The notes below the pieces were generated by a model. The model had not been told where the DNA came from, searched no databases, and was given only the letters and a program-made list of their open reading frames with translations. Shown in pieces: positions 8,754 through 18,773 of a stretch of 36,858 bases of DNA (position 1 is the first letter of the stretch; each line of letters begins with the position of its first letter). The stretch is from a virus. A program made the position numbers and the translations under genes. The stretch is taken from UHGV virus genome UHGV-1010924, one strand, 5' to 3'.

Positions 8754-10657
8754 GCTGGCTAGACGGGATGATCGAGGACAACGAAGCGCTGAGCCAAGAC
8801 CAGCGCCTCGACCGCACCACGGATAAGCTGGCGCCTGGCGTGTTCACGGGCGCACTCAGCACCATCGGGCCTAACCTGCTACGCGGCGCCATTGAGGGCG
8901 GTCGTACGATCCAGTCCACGGCGTTGCAACTGGGCAGCCTGGCCGTTGAATCCGACCTGTCCATCAGCTCATCGTACGCGCCGGATGATGGCCAACTGGC
9001 TGATCAGCAGCAGTTTCGGGAAACCCAGGCCCGCGACATCGGCGAGAAAACCGCCAAGTCGGTCATGAGCCTGCGCCCCGACCCAAGTGAGGTCGGCCTT
9101 GTCGGCCAGATCCTGGGCGAGGCATCCGCCGTATTGCCGCGTACCATTGCCGGCGCCGTGGTTGCCGGTCCTGCCGGTGCGGCCCTGGCTGCTGGTGGAC
9201 CAGCAGGTTTCTCCAGCAAGCAAGTGGGCATGGCCGAGGGCCTGGACGAATCCACCGCCACCAAAAAGGGCTTGATCGACGCCGCGACCACGGGCATCGG
9301 CGTTGCGCTGCCGGCGGCCAGGTTCGTCAAACCGATCCTCGGCGATGCCGCTATTGCTGTCGGTGCCAACGTTGGGCTGGGCATGGCCGGCCGTGGTGCT
9401 ACCGCCGCGCTACTGGAAAGCAATGGCTATCACAGCCAGGCCGCACAGTACAAAGCCTTGGACGGAACAGCGATGGCGACCGATGCGATCATGGGCCTGG
9501 CCTTCTTTGGCCTTGGCCGTGTCAACTTTCGCCGCCCGACCACTCGCCAAGTGGATGCCGCGCTGACTGAACGCACCAACCAGCATGCCGATATCGACAC
9601 CGCCCCGGGTGCACCCATTGATCCAAAGTCGGCCATGGCCCACCAAGACGCGATCCGTACCGTGATCGACCAGCTGCAACGCGGTGAGCCGGTGGTGCTG
9701 CCCGACAGCATCCATAGCGCCCAATTCATTCGCGCCGCCGATGAGCCGCGCGGTATGGCGCCGAGCAAGGACGCCGCCCTTGCCACGGCGCGCCAGGATC
9801 TGGAGCCGAAACTGCGCGTTGAGCTGGAGCAGGAAGCCGCCGGCATCTTGCCAAACGTAAAGGACGTGAAGGCCGAACTGTCTACCGTTGCCCAAAACCT
9901 GGCCGCCCTGGACGACACCTTCAAGGCCCGTGCCAAGGAATTCCAGCAGCAGGGGCAGAGCCGCAAGCAGGCCGAAGCATCCGCGCGCCAGGCAATTGAG
10001 GCTGATCGGCTTGACCTGTCCGACCGTCAAAACTCGTTGAACGAAGCATTGGGCGGTAACCGAAGTGCCGAGCATCCGCGCGCAGACCTGAATGCGCTGG
10101 ATCGCGGCGAGGTGCCGGCCAGGTTCCAGGATCGCTTATCACAACGCGCCGATGCCATCGTGCAGGGTTTCGAGAAAAAGCCGTTGGCTGCCGGTGTCGC
10201 CGAGGCCAACACCAAGCTGACCATGGCGCAGATCGCCCGCCAGGAAATCACCCGCATCCTCGACGACATCGAGCGTGCCGACCCTACGTTGCAGCCGAAA
10301 GCTCTGGACATTCCGGAGCCAAAGGTTGCACCGAAGGCCGATGGCGCGGCGCCCAAGGCTGAATCCCCACCTGGTGGGAAAGCTGGCGCGCAAGATAAGC
10401 CAGCCCCGGCGAACGATGCCGCCAAGCCTGATGGTGCAGCAGCCCAGGCCGATCCGGTGGTGCAGGTTGCCGACGAAATCCTATCGCGCGTCGATGACAT
10501 GCGTATCTCAACGGGCGCCATGGACGCCGACGGCAACCCGATCACAGTATCGGCGCGTGAACTGCTGGCCAATGCTGACGCAGAAATCGTCAAGGCCCAG
10601 CAGGACGCCAAGGGTTTCGCCGCCGCCGCCGCTTGCTTCCTGCAACGCGGGCTCTAA
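8750..10657 (+). CDS. Internal virion (ejection/core) protein (635 aa)
   Basis: Large Ala-rich protein in the core-protein block. Its stop TAA lies inside late element copy 2. Confidence 0.55.
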   Translation: MSWLDGMIEDNEALSQDQRLDRTTDKLAPGVFTGALSTIGPNLLRGAIEGGRTIQSTALQLGSLAVESDLSISSSYAPDDGQLADQQQFRETQARDIGEKTAKSVMSLRPDPSEVGLVGQILGEASAVLPRTIAGAVVAGPAGAALAAGGPAGFSSKQVGMAEGLDESTATKKGLIDAATTGIGVALPAARFVKPILGDAAIAVGANVGLGMAGRGATAALLESNGYHSQAAQYKALDGTAMATDAIMGLAFFGLGRVNFRRPTTRQVDAALTERTNQHADIDTAPGAPIDPKSAMAHQDAIRTVIDQLQRGEPVVLPDSIHSAQFIRAADEPRGMAPSKDAALATARQDLEPKLRVELEQEAAGILPNVKDVKAELSTVAQNLAALDDTFKARAKEFQQQGQSRKQAEASARQAIEADRLDLSDRQNSLNEALGGNRSAEHPRADLNALDRGEVPARFQDRLSQRADAIVQGFEKKPLAAGVAEANTKLTMAQIARQEITRILDDIERADPTLQPKALDIPEPKVAPKADGAAPKAESPPGGKAGAQDKPAPANDAAKPDGAAAQADPVVQVADEILSRVDDMRISTGAMDADGNPITVSARELLANADAEIVKAQQDAKGFAAAAACFLQRGL

Positions 10658-10675
10658 ATAGTCGGGAAACCGTCT
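10656..10675 (+). promoter_or_regulatory. Conserved late-region element, copy 2
   Basis: aaatagtcgggaaaccgtct. It overlaps the stop of the 8750-10657 gene and lies 45 nt upstream of the 10721 gene. Confidence 0.6.
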
Positions 10676-10689
10676 ACCGCTGAACCATA

Positions 10690-10719
10690 GGCTTGCTCCC
10701 ATTCAACCAGGAGCAAGCC
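10690..10719 (+). other. Perfect 10-bp stem-loop sequestering the Shine-Dalgarno sequence of the 10721 gene
   Basis: ggcttgctcc (10690-10699) pairs with ggagcaagcc (10710-10719) across a 10-nt loop. The AGGAG ribosome-binding site lies in the 3' arm. The ATG is at 10721. Confidence 0.6.
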
Positions 10720-10720
10720 C

Positions 10721-13261
10721 ATGCGCCCCGAATGCATCAAGGCCGTCACCCAGGCAATCGGCCGAACTCTCAACCAGCAGGAAATCCAGGGCATCGAGAA
10801 CCGCGTGCGCCGCAACATGAAGCAGCTGGCGCAGACCGATGCAACCTGGCAATCCAAGACCGCCGCCGACCGCTTGAATGAAGCCGCCGCCAAGTCTGCC
10901 AAGGATCTGGTGGCCGAGGCAGATCTCAAGAAAAAGCGCGTGGCGCTGACCATCCTGGCCCATGACCGCATCGACAGCTACATGCAGCGCTTCCCGGAAC
11001 GTCCGCTGGAAGGGCTCGACCGGATGCTGGCGTTTTCCAGTGACGGCAAGAGCGGGATCATGTCCATTGAGACCGCCACCCGAGCTATCCGCGATGACTC
11101 GCTGAGCCGCATGCTCGACGTGATCGACCAGACCAAGGGCAAATTCCTCGGCCTGTTCCAGAACGAGGCGGGGAACCTGGCCCTGGTGCGCGAGCTGCAC
11201 GGTGAGGACTCCGGCAGCGCCGTGGCCAAGACCGCCGCCAAACAGTTCAAGGACACCGCCGAGCAACTGCGCCAGCGCTTCAATCGGGCCGGCGGCGACG
11301 TTGGCTTCCTTGATGACTGGTCAATGCCGCGCGACCACTCCCAGGTCAAGGTCGCCAAGGATCAGGCCAAGTGGGTCGCCGATCATGTGCAGTGGGCGAA
11401 CCGGTCCAAGTACCTCAAGGAAGACGGTACGCCAATGAATGATGCGGAGCTGACAGACTTCCTCCAGAACGCTTGGACCACCTTGGCTACCGGTGGCGCC
11501 AACAAGATGGAGCCGGGGCAGGCCGCCGGCAACGGGATGCGCGCCAACCGTGGCAGCGAGTCGCGCCAGATCCACTACAAGGACGCGGAAAGCTTCATCG
11601 CGGCACAGAAGGCGTACGGCGACCGCAACCTGCTGGAATTGCTGATCGGCCATATCGACCGTGCCGCGCGGGACATCGCCCTGGTGGAAACCCTGGGCCC
11701 CAACCCAAGCAACCAGATGCGCTACTTCCTGGACACCGGACAGAAAGCCATGGACATGGCCAAGCCGAACAACCTTGCCAAGACCGCCAAGCAGCGCAAG
11801 AAGATTGAACACTTGTTCGAAGAGGTGGCCGGCACCCGCGAGCCGCCGGTATCTGCCGCTCTGGCCAATGGGTTCGACACCTACCGGGCGCTGAACGTCG
11901 CAAGTCGCCTTGGTTCTGCCGTCCTTACGGCTATCACTGACATGGGAACGCTAGGACTCACTACAGTCATCAACCATATGCCAGTTATGAAGGTGTTTGC
12001 CAATGAGCTGCGCATGTTGAACCCGGTAAATGCTGGGGATAGACGTTTGGCCCAGCGCGGCGGCCTAGGGCTAAACCAGCTTATCGGCAGCCTGAACAGA
12101 TTTGGCGCTGATGGGCTTGGTACTAATGAGCAAATAGCGGGGCGCATATCAAAATTCTCACAGACAGCTGCAAGCAAAATCATGCAGATATCTGGCCTTA
12201 ACGCCTTTACTGCAGCATCTCAGCGCGCGTTCGGCGCCACCATGCTCGACACCCTGGGCGACATGACCCGCCGGCATGATTCCTTGGCTGCCATGGATCC
12301 GGCCGACGCCAAGCGTTTGTCCGGGCAGGGCGTCACCGACGCGGACTGGTCTGTCTGGCGCATGGCTGAGCCCGAGGACTGGCGCGGCGTGGGCGATACC
12401 GTGCTGACGGCAAACAGCATCTACCGCATCCCTGACGCCGACCTGGCTCCCATGGCGCAGCAACTCAACACAACCCCGCAGCGCCTCAAGGATCAGGCCG
12501 CCACCAAGCTGCTGGGCGCCGTGCTGGATGAAACCAACATGGCGATCATCGAACCCGGCGCCCGCGAGAAGGCAATGATGCACGGCGGCGTCGAGCGCGG
12601 GACCATGAAGGGCGAACTGTTGCGCTCGTTCTGGCAGTTCAAGAGCTTTTCCATCGGCATGATCATGCGCCACGGCGCGCGCGGCATGGCCCAGGAAGGA
12701 TGGGGCAAGGCTGGCTATCTGGCTGCGCTGGTGGCTTCCACCACCGTGCTGGGCGGAATGGCCATCCAGTTGGGCGAGGTGGCCGCCGGCCGCGATCCGA
12801 AGGACATCACCGATGACAAGAAGTGGGGCGTACCGGGCCTGCGCTTCGGCCTGGCCTCATTCCTCAAGGGCGGCGCCATGGGGCTGTACGGCGACTTCCT
12901 GTTCTCCGATACCTCGCAGGGCGGTAGCTCGCCACTGGCCGCGCTCGGCGGCCCTATCGCGGGCGATCTGGAATCGATCTTCAAGTTGAAGGACAACGCC
13001 GCCGACGGCGAAGTCAACCAAACCGGCGGCAAGCTGGTGCGCCTGCTCAAGAGCCACTTGCCTGGCGCGAACCTCTGGTACACCAAGGCCGCCACCGATC
13101 ACCTGATCTTCAACCAATTGCAGGAGTACTTCTCGCCCGGCTACCTGCGGCGGATGAAACAGCGCGCCCAGAAGGAATTCAAGCAATCGTACTGGTGGGA
13201 ACCGGGCGATTCGACACCAGATCGCGCGCCGAACCTGGGCGCCGCAGTAGGAGATAAGTGA
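10721..13261 (+). CDS. Internal virion protein, gp16-like (846 aa)
   Basis: Largest core-block protein, immediately before the terminase genes. I could not recognise a lytic transglycosylase motif by eye. Confidence 0.55.
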   Translation: MRPECIKAVTQAIGRTLNQQEIQGIENRVRRNMKQLAQTDATWQSKTAADRLNEAAAKSAKDLVAEADLKKKRVALTILAHDRIDSYMQRFPERPLEGLDRMLAFSSDGKSGIMSIETATRAIRDDSLSRMLDVIDQTKGKFLGLFQNEAGNLALVRELHGEDSGSAVAKTAAKQFKDTAEQLRQRFNRAGGDVGFLDDWSMPRDHSQVKVAKDQAKWVADHVQWANRSKYLKEDGTPMNDAELTDFLQNAWTTLATGGANKMEPGQAAGNGMRANRGSESRQIHYKDAESFIAAQKAYGDRNLLELLIGHIDRAARDIALVETLGPNPSNQMRYFLDTGQKAMDMAKPNNLAKTAKQRKKIEHLFEEVAGTREPPVSAALANGFDTYRALNVASRLGSAVLTAITDMGTLGLTTVINHMPVMKVFANELRMLNPVNAGDRRLAQRGGLGLNQLIGSLNRFGADGLGTNEQIAGRISKFSQTAASKIMQISGLNAFTAASQRAFGATMLDTLGDMTRRHDSLAAMDPADAKRLSGQGVTDADWSVWRMAEPEDWRGVGDTVLTANSIYRIPDADLAPMAQQLNTTPQRLKDQAATKLLGAVLDETNMAIIEPGAREKAMMHGGVERGTMKGELLRSFWQFKSFSIGMIMRHGARGMAQEGWGKAGYLAALVASTTVLGGMAIQLGEVAAGRDPKDITDDKKWGVPGLRFGLASFLKGGAMGLYGDFLFSDTSQGGSSPLAALGGPIAGDLESIFKLKDNAADGEVNQTGGKLVRLLKSHLPGANLWYTKAATDHLIFNQLQEYFSPGYLRRMKQRAQKEFKQSYWWEPGDSTPDRAPNLGAAVGDK

Positions 13262-13596
13262 TGCGCGACGATCAAATCACGCGGTTGCAAGCCCTGAGTG
13301 AAAGCCTCGGCGAGGTTGTCATCCATGAGGTTGACCCGGCGAACTGGCCCGGTGCCGAGAAAGACCCAGCAGACCTAACCCAGCAGGAGCGGGGTGATAG
13401 GTACTGGAGCAAGAAAAACGCAGCCGCCACCATGACGCTGCTGCTCAAGGTCGTGAACATCAGCGGCGTCCTGAACAAGCAAAAGCCGGGTGAGGATGAT
13501 GGCGCCGCCAAGGAACTGGATGGCGAATTAGCTGCCGCCGAACGTGAGGCCCAGGCCATCATCGACCGGATGCAGCGAGCCGGGAATGTCCACTGA
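13261..13596 (+). CDS. Putative terminase small subunit (T7 gp18-like, about 111 aa)
   Basis: Small acidic protein directly upstream of, and overlapping, the large terminase. RBS AGGAGA at 13250-13255. Confidence 0.45.
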   Translation: MRDDQITRLQALSESLGEVVIHEVDPANWPGAEKDPADLTQQERGDRYWSKKNAAATMTLLLKVVNISGVLNKQKPGEDDGAAKELDGELAAAEREAQAIIDRMQRAGNVH

Positions 13597-15208
13597 ACCA
13601 GAGAAGAAAGTCAGCCTACTGATTTTCTTCATGCTGTGGGCGCGGCGCATGCGATGGGATGTGCCGTACATCCATGTGCAGGCGCTTATGTGGCTGGAGA
13701 CCAAAGGGTCTCTGGCCGTTTTGCGTTGCTTCCGTGGCTTCGGCAAGTCGACGTTGTTGGCGATCTACAACGCCTGGCGCTACTACAAGAACCCGACCGA
13801 CCGGATATTGCACCAATCAGAATCCGACCCGACCGCGTACAAGACCAGCCGCGATACGCAGAACGTCATACGCAACCATCCATTAACCCGCCACCTGCTA
13901 CCACCCAACCAGGGCACGGTAGAGCAATGGTGGGTAGAGGGCGCCACGGACTTTCGAAACGCCAGCATGTTCGCCAAGGGGATTTTGTCCAACGTTACCT
14001 CGGCCCGTGCAGACGAGTGCCAGAACGATGATGTCGAGGTGCCGCGCAATATCCAGACGCCCGAGGCCCGAGAGAAGCTGCGCTACCGCCTGGGCGAGCA
14101 GACACACATTCTGGTTCCTGGCGGCAGCAAGCTTTACATCGGCACGCCGCACACCCACGACAGCCTCTATGACGAACTCGAAAGCATGGGTGCCGACTGC
14201 CTGACCATCCGCATGTTCGCCCAGGAGCATCGGATTGAGGACGCTAAACAGTGCGCGTACGACGTTCCGTTTGTGCCGGACGTTGTGTTCTCGGGCATTG
14301 GTAAGCATGCGCGCGTGCTGTTGGCTGGGCGGGATTACCAACTGACCAAGACCGGTATCGCCTTCTTCACCCCGCCCGGAACGCTCGTCGACTGCTACGC
14401 CGGCAGCGCCTGGCCTGAGCGTTTCGACATGGCGACCCTGGAGACGCGGCGCCGCGAGACCCGGACCATCAACGAATGGGACTCCCAGTATCAGCTGCAT
14501 TCGAAGCCCGTCACGGAGGTTCGCTTGGACCCGGCCCGCATCATCCCGTACGACGCGCAGCCGGTTATGCGCTATGCCAACGATTCCGCCGCCATGTTCC
14601 TGGGCTCGACGCAGATCGTCGGTGCCGTGGCTTATTGGGACTGTTCCCTGGGCAAGATCAAGTCCGATGCCTCGGCCTTCTCGCTGATCCTCACCGATGC
14701 GCGCGGCCAGCTCTATTGGCATTTGGCCGTGGGCCTGACCGGGGAGATCGCGGAGTTCGACGGCAAGGACCGGATCATTGGCGGCCAGGTGCACCAGATC
14801 CGCGAACTGGTGATCAAGCATCAGATCCCGCGCGTGATCATCGAGACCAACGGCCCAGGCGGGTTTGCTCCCACCATCCTCAAGCAGGCGCTCAAGGGCA
14901 CCGGCTGCGGGGTAGGGGAGGAACACTCCACCACCAACAAGCAGAAACGCATCCTAGACGCCTTCGAATCGCCGCTATCAGCACGGTTCCTATGGGCGCA
15001 CGTCGAAGTGTTGAAGGTGATCTGGGACCAGATGCGCGACTTCAATCCAGCGCTCACCAACCAGGAAGACGACTACATCGATTCCGGGGCCGGCGGCATC
15101 GCTCAAACCCCCGTACGCATTGGCCGAATAGTCGGGAAACCGACAGAGACCCGTCGTGACAATTGGCGTCCAGATGCGGGCGTTCATGAGGTTCAAGTGG
15201 ACTATTAA
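13586..15208 (+). CDS. Terminase large subunit (T7 gp19-like)
   Basis: ATG at 13586 (MSTEPEKK). P-loop-like GFGKSTLL. About 540 aa. Lies between the small terminase and the tail fibre. Confidence 0.8.
   Translation: MSTEPEKKVSLLIFFMLWARRMRWDVPYIHVQALMWLETKGSLAVLRCFRGFGKSTLLAIYNAWRYYKNPTDRILHQSESDPTAYKTSRDTQNVIRNHPLTRHLLPPNQGTVEQWWVEGATDFRNASMFAKGILSNVTSARADECQNDDVEVPRNIQTPEAREKLRYRLGEQTHILVPGGSKLYIGTPHTHDSLYDELESMGADCLTIRMFAQEHRIEDAKQCAYDVPFVPDVVFSGIGKHARVLLAGRDYQLTKTGIAFFTPPGTLVDCYAGSAWPERFDMATLETRRRETRTINEWDSQYQLHSKPVTEVRLDPARIIPYDAQPVMRYANDSAAMFLGSTQIVGAVAYWDCSLGKIKSDASAFSLILTDARGQLYWHLAVGLTGEIAEFDGKDRIIGGQVHQIRELVIKHQIPRVIIETNGPGGFAPTILKQALKGTGCGVGEEHSTTNKQKRILDAFESPLSARFLWAHVEVLKVIWDQMRDFNPALTNQEDDYIDSGAGGIAQTPVRIGRIVGKPTETRRDNWRPDAGVHEVQVDY
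15127..15145 (+). promoter_or_regulatory. Conserved late-region element, copy 3
   Basis: aatagtcgggaaaccgaca. It lies inside the 3' end of the large-terminase coding sequence, 90 nt upstream of the tail-fibre start. Confidence 0.55.
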
Positions 15209-15234
15209 GCCCGCCACCACCCAGGGGGCAGACC

Positions 15235-17448
15235 ATGGCAGTTCCAGCAGGACCAACCGAAAAACGTTACACCGGCAACGGGGTAACCAAGATTTTCTCC
15301 ATACCCTTCTTGCTCATAGCTGCAACTGACCTGGATGTAATCATTGATGGCGTTGAGGTTGTTTCCGGATACGCGATAACGGGCGCAGGCAATCCGAGCA
15401 GCACTATCACATTCGTCACGGCGCCTGCGGACCAAAGCTCAATCCTGCTTACGCTCAACGTACCGTTTGAACGACTGAACGACTACCAAGAGAACGGCGA
15501 TTTTCTTGCTAGTACTGTAAACCGAGACTTCGACAAGATATGGCAAGCACTTAAGCAGCTCGTTCGGTACAGCACCAGGGCGCTTACGCTCGGTGCTTTT
15601 GACGTCGATGGTGCCGGACTGTACAGGGCCAAAGGTAATGGTATCGCCAACCTCGGATCTGCCAATGGCGTTGACACGGCGGCAGCGAACTGGAAGGACG
15701 TTAAGGACCAGATAGCGTTGGTTCTGGCGACGGGCCAGGGTCCAATCAATAATGCGGCGAATATGGCTTACATCACTCCATCTAGCAACGTGCGCACCGT
15801 TCAAGGCATGTCCGGGGCTGACGGCTCGTATTTTATTGGGCATGGGGATACGACAGTTGGTGCTGAGATTGTTGCCATTGATGCTCAACTACAAGCACAG
15901 GCTGGGCAGATATCCAAAACGGGGATCTATCCGGGGCAGCACTTTGCGGCAATTAATGGCGGCCAGTTAAACAAACTGCGCCTGGCTTTGACTGATCCGT
16001 TCATGCAATACCTTGGAATCTGCATCATCGGTGACAGCATCACTTGGGGGATGACGGCATCCGGCATCGCGCCGATTGAGCCGCGAGGCGGCTCTCTGAC
16101 AGATTCCAGGAACAACGGTTCGTCGGCGACCTGGGTGAATCTTTTGCACAAGTGGTTGGGCGCCGAATATTACGATTCGACAACGGTTGAAGAAGGAATT
16201 TGGCCTGGCACGCCAAACGGCGTGGCACAGTTCACCTACACCAAAGCTGTGGATATGTTTCCAGGGTTTGCACCGTTTGTTAAGGTCGGCTCGTTCTCCC
16301 AGCTTGTTGATGCGGCATCAACCCTGGGGGTTTTTTGGTTTGTGAACATGAGTTCGTCGGGTAGCGGCCCCCACTCGTTCACTTGGACCATGACAGGAAA
16401 AAGCTTTGATCTGCGTTTTGCCGCAGTGCCCAATGGGGCGGATTACAAGGTATATGTCGATGGTGTTCTGCAAGGGCAATACAAAACCAGTTCCACCGAT
16501 CTGGGAATTCCTGTCAGCTATCGCAATAGCAGAACTCACGACTTCACATTTAAAAAGGGCGCGGTGATACGCGTAGAGGCGGTAGGCGGTAACGTTGCTC
16601 GCGATGTACTTCAAGTTGAATCGATCCGCCTCAACCGAAAAGTAAGAGTGACCAACCAAGGGATTATTGGTGTCGCGTCTGATCGTTATTTGAATGTGCT
16701 GCTGTCAAGCGCGCTACGCGCCGATGATTCGTTCTGCAAGATTCAGATTGGCACCAATGATCGCGGCATGCCCCCGGCTATTGGGGCTCCAACTTCCCCA
16801 GCGACACTCAGCAAGAACATGGGGTTGATACTTGACTACGTGATTGCGGCAGGGGTATCGCCCATCATGATGTGCGCCAATGAGGTAGTGGATAACAGTC
16901 TGCCTACCTATTACTACAGCATGGGCCAAGTTAGAACGGTGCTTTCGAGTTTGGCAATAAGCCGTGGTGTGGACTTTATTGATCAGTTTGCACTTACCAA
17001 AAGACTGCAGGCGGCAGGTGTTAATTATTTGGCTGACGGCCTTCACCCAAATGACCTTGGGCATTTCTTGATGTTCGAAAACATCAGGAACGCCATCGGC
17101 AACCCGGTGTTTGTGGCCGAAAAGAGCCTTGCCAATTACTACGAAACCACGGTTTCCTGGACAGCCGGCGCCGTACAGACCATCACGCACAACCTGGGTG
17201 CGATCCCTGTTCGCGTTGAGTTTGAAGTCGTAATGAAAACGGCGGGGGCGGGAATGGCTGTAGGTCAGTCGGCCATGACTTCAATGACGATTCAGGCTGC
17301 TGCGAGCTACAACGCAATGGCACGCAGCGGCACGACTACAACAGTGGAGGTTGTTGTTGCGCCCCAGGGCCTCGCGGTTCTGGTCGCCGGTGGCTCAAGC
17401 GTCTTGAGCCCTGCCCAGGCTGATTTGAAGGTGAAGGTTTTCACGTAG
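15235..17448 (+). CDS. Tail fibre/tailspike: T7 gp17-like N-terminal adaptor domain fused to an SGNH/GDSL esterase domain
   Basis: The N-terminus (YTGNGVTKIFSIPFLLIAATDLDVIIDG) matches the T7 tail-fibre N-terminal domain pattern. Residues 262-271 carry the GDSL block LGICIIGDSITWG. Near the C-terminus is the block-V motif DGLHPNDLGH. GC is about 50%, against about 62% for the genome. Confidence 0.7.
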   Translation: MAVPAGPTEKRYTGNGVTKIFSIPFLLIAATDLDVIIDGVEVVSGYAITGAGNPSSTITFVTAPADQSSILLTLNVPFERLNDYQENGDFLASTVNRDFDKIWQALKQLVRYSTRALTLGAFDVDGAGLYRAKGNGIANLGSANGVDTAAANWKDVKDQIALVLATGQGPINNAANMAYITPSSNVRTVQGMSGADGSYFIGHGDTTVGAEIVAIDAQLQAQAGQISKTGIYPGQHFAAINGGQLNKLRLALTDPFMQYLGICIIGDSITWGMTASGIAPIEPRGGSLTDSRNNGSSATWVNLLHKWLGAEYYDSTTVEEGIWPGTPNGVAQFTYTKAVDMFPGFAPFVKVGSFSQLVDAASTLGVFWFVNMSSSGSGPHSFTWTMTGKSFDLRFAAVPNGADYKVYVDGVLQGQYKTSSTDLGIPVSYRNSRTHDFTFKKGAVIRVEAVGGNVARDVLQVESIRLNRKVRVTNQGIIGVASDRYLNVLLSSALRADDSFCKIQIGTNDRGMPPAIGAPTSPATLSKNMGLILDYVIAAGVSPIMMCANEVVDNSLPTYYYSMGQVRTVLSSLAISRGVDFIDQFALTKRLQAAGVNYLADGLHPNDLGHFLMFENIRNAIGNPVFVAEKSLANYYETTVSWTAGAVQTITHNLGAIPVRVEFEVVMKTAGAGMAVGQSAMTSMTIQAAASYNAMARSGTTTTVEVVVAPQGLAVLVAGGSSVLSPAQADLKVKVFT

Positions 17449-17477
17449 ATGGGAGGGGCGGTCGGCAAGGACGCCAA

Positions 17478-18773
17478 CTACCCGTTCACCTTTAATTTGA
17501 ATTCTGCGCGCTGCACTTCGGTCACTCCATCACGCAGCGCGTCGAGATAATCCGCATACCACTGCATCATGTGGCGGCGCTGGGCCAGGTATTTGGCTTT
17601 GTTGTACACGCCGCTTATGCCGCCTTCCTTGTGGGCCAACTGCATTTCGATGTGATCTTTCTCCCATCCGTGTTCGCGCAGCAGCGTGCTTGCGGTGTGT
17701 CGGGTGCCGTGACCTACCAGCCTTCCTTTATAGCCAACCAGGGCGAACACCTTATTAATGGTGTTCTCGCTGATAACCGGGTTTGCGTGGCCGTTACCGG
17801 GGAACAGGTATCGACTGCGCCCGGTTAGTTCGTGCAGATCTCGCAGCGCGGTGACAGCCTGCTTTGGTAAAGGGATCATGATGTCCCGGTCCATCTTCAT
17901 CTTGGCCGCCGACACGCTCCACACCGAAGCTTCCAGATCGAAGTCGGTCCACTCTGCCCACCTGGCCATGCCTGGGCGAGACGCGGTCCACAGCGTGAGC
18001 ATCGCCGCCGCCCTGGCAATCAACCGGCTGGGCGAGCGCTGCATGGCCCGCATGAAGTCGGGCAACTCGTCTTCCAGCAGGTGCGGGTATTGTTTGGTGG
18101 CGGGTGCCTGGGCGGCGATCACCAGCAGCTCGGAGGCCGGGTTGTATTCCATCATGCCCTTGGCTATGGCCTGGCTGAAAATCTCCTTCAACCACCCGCG
18201 CGTTTTCTTGGCGACGTTGAACGCCTCGCGCGCCTCAATGCTGGCGAGCAGGTCGGCGCAGTGCCGGCGGGTGATAGCGCTGACCTGCAAATCGCCCAGC
18301 GCGGGGTAGATGTCCTTGTCCAAGTAGGTCGTGATCTTGTCGAGGGTTGACGCCGAACGCCCGTCGCGCTCCTTCTTTTCAAGCCAGGCAGTGGCCACGG
18401 CGCGGAAGGTGCTGGCGGTGGCGGCCTCCACGGCCTTCTTGACGGCCTGCTTGTGGTTGCCTGGGTCGATACCTTGCTCAAGCAGGGCGGATGCCTGTGA
18501 GGCTTTCTCCCTGGCGCGCTTGGCTGAATACTCCGGGTATCCGCCCAACCCCAGCCAGGTCCACTTCCCGTCAGCCACACGCTTGTAGCGGAACTCCCAG
18601 CGCTTGCGCCCATTGGGTGACACCACGAAGTAGATACGATCGATGCCGTACGTCTCGCGGTATTCCTTGGATTCAGGTTCAAGTGAGGACAGGACGGTGT
18701 CGGCCAGGGGGCGGCGCTTGATGTCTGATCGCTTCAATTCTTGTATGGCCGAGTTCGTAATTTTGGCGAACAT
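17478..18773 (-). CDS. int: Tyrosine integrase, P4-type, with an N-terminal arm-DNA-binding (DUF4102-like) domain
   Basis: 431 aa. The N-terminus follows the P4-integrase arm domain pattern (RYKRVADGKWTWLGLGGYPEYSAKRAREKA). The C-terminus has HGTRHTASTLLRE, LAH and a Tyr in VYNKAKY (the R-H-R-H-Y catalytic set). Confidence 0.9.
   Translation of the reverse strand: MFAKITNSAIQELKRSDIKRRPLADTVLSSLEPESKEYRETYGIDRIYFVVSPNGRKRWEFRYKRVADGKWTWLGLGGYPEYSAKRAREKASQASALLEQGIDPGNHKQAVKKAVEAATASTFRAVATAWLEKKERDGRSASTLDKITTYLDKDIYPALGDLQVSAITRRHCADLLASIEAREAFNVAKKTRGWLKEIFSQAIAKGMMEYNPASELLVIAAQAPATKQYPHLLEDELPDFMRAMQRSPSRLIARAAAMLTLWTASRPGMARWAEWTDFDLEASVWSVSAAKMKMDRDIMIPLPKQAVTALRDLHELTGRSRYLFPGNGHANPVISENTINKVFALVGYKGRLVGHGTRHTASTLLREHGWEKDHIEMQLAHKEGGISGVYNKAKYLAQRRHMMQWYADYLDALRDGVTEVQRAEFKLKVNG

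Noticed and set aside
10721-13261. A lytic transglycosylase (SLT) domain in the gp16-like core protein
   Set aside because: I could not find the SLT catalytic Glu-Ser and GLMQ-type motifs by eye in any of the four core-block proteins. I have left them as generic internal virion proteins.
266-17448. Numerous long minus-strand ORFs (for example 266-1291, 1548-2456, 4502-5320, 6660-7535, 9410-10075, 13898-14926) that run opposite to the structural genes
   Set aside because: They lie antisense to long plus-strand genes that have start/stop coupling and recognisable functions, and they lack RBSs. High GC suppresses stop codons on the antisense strand, so these are shadow ORFs.
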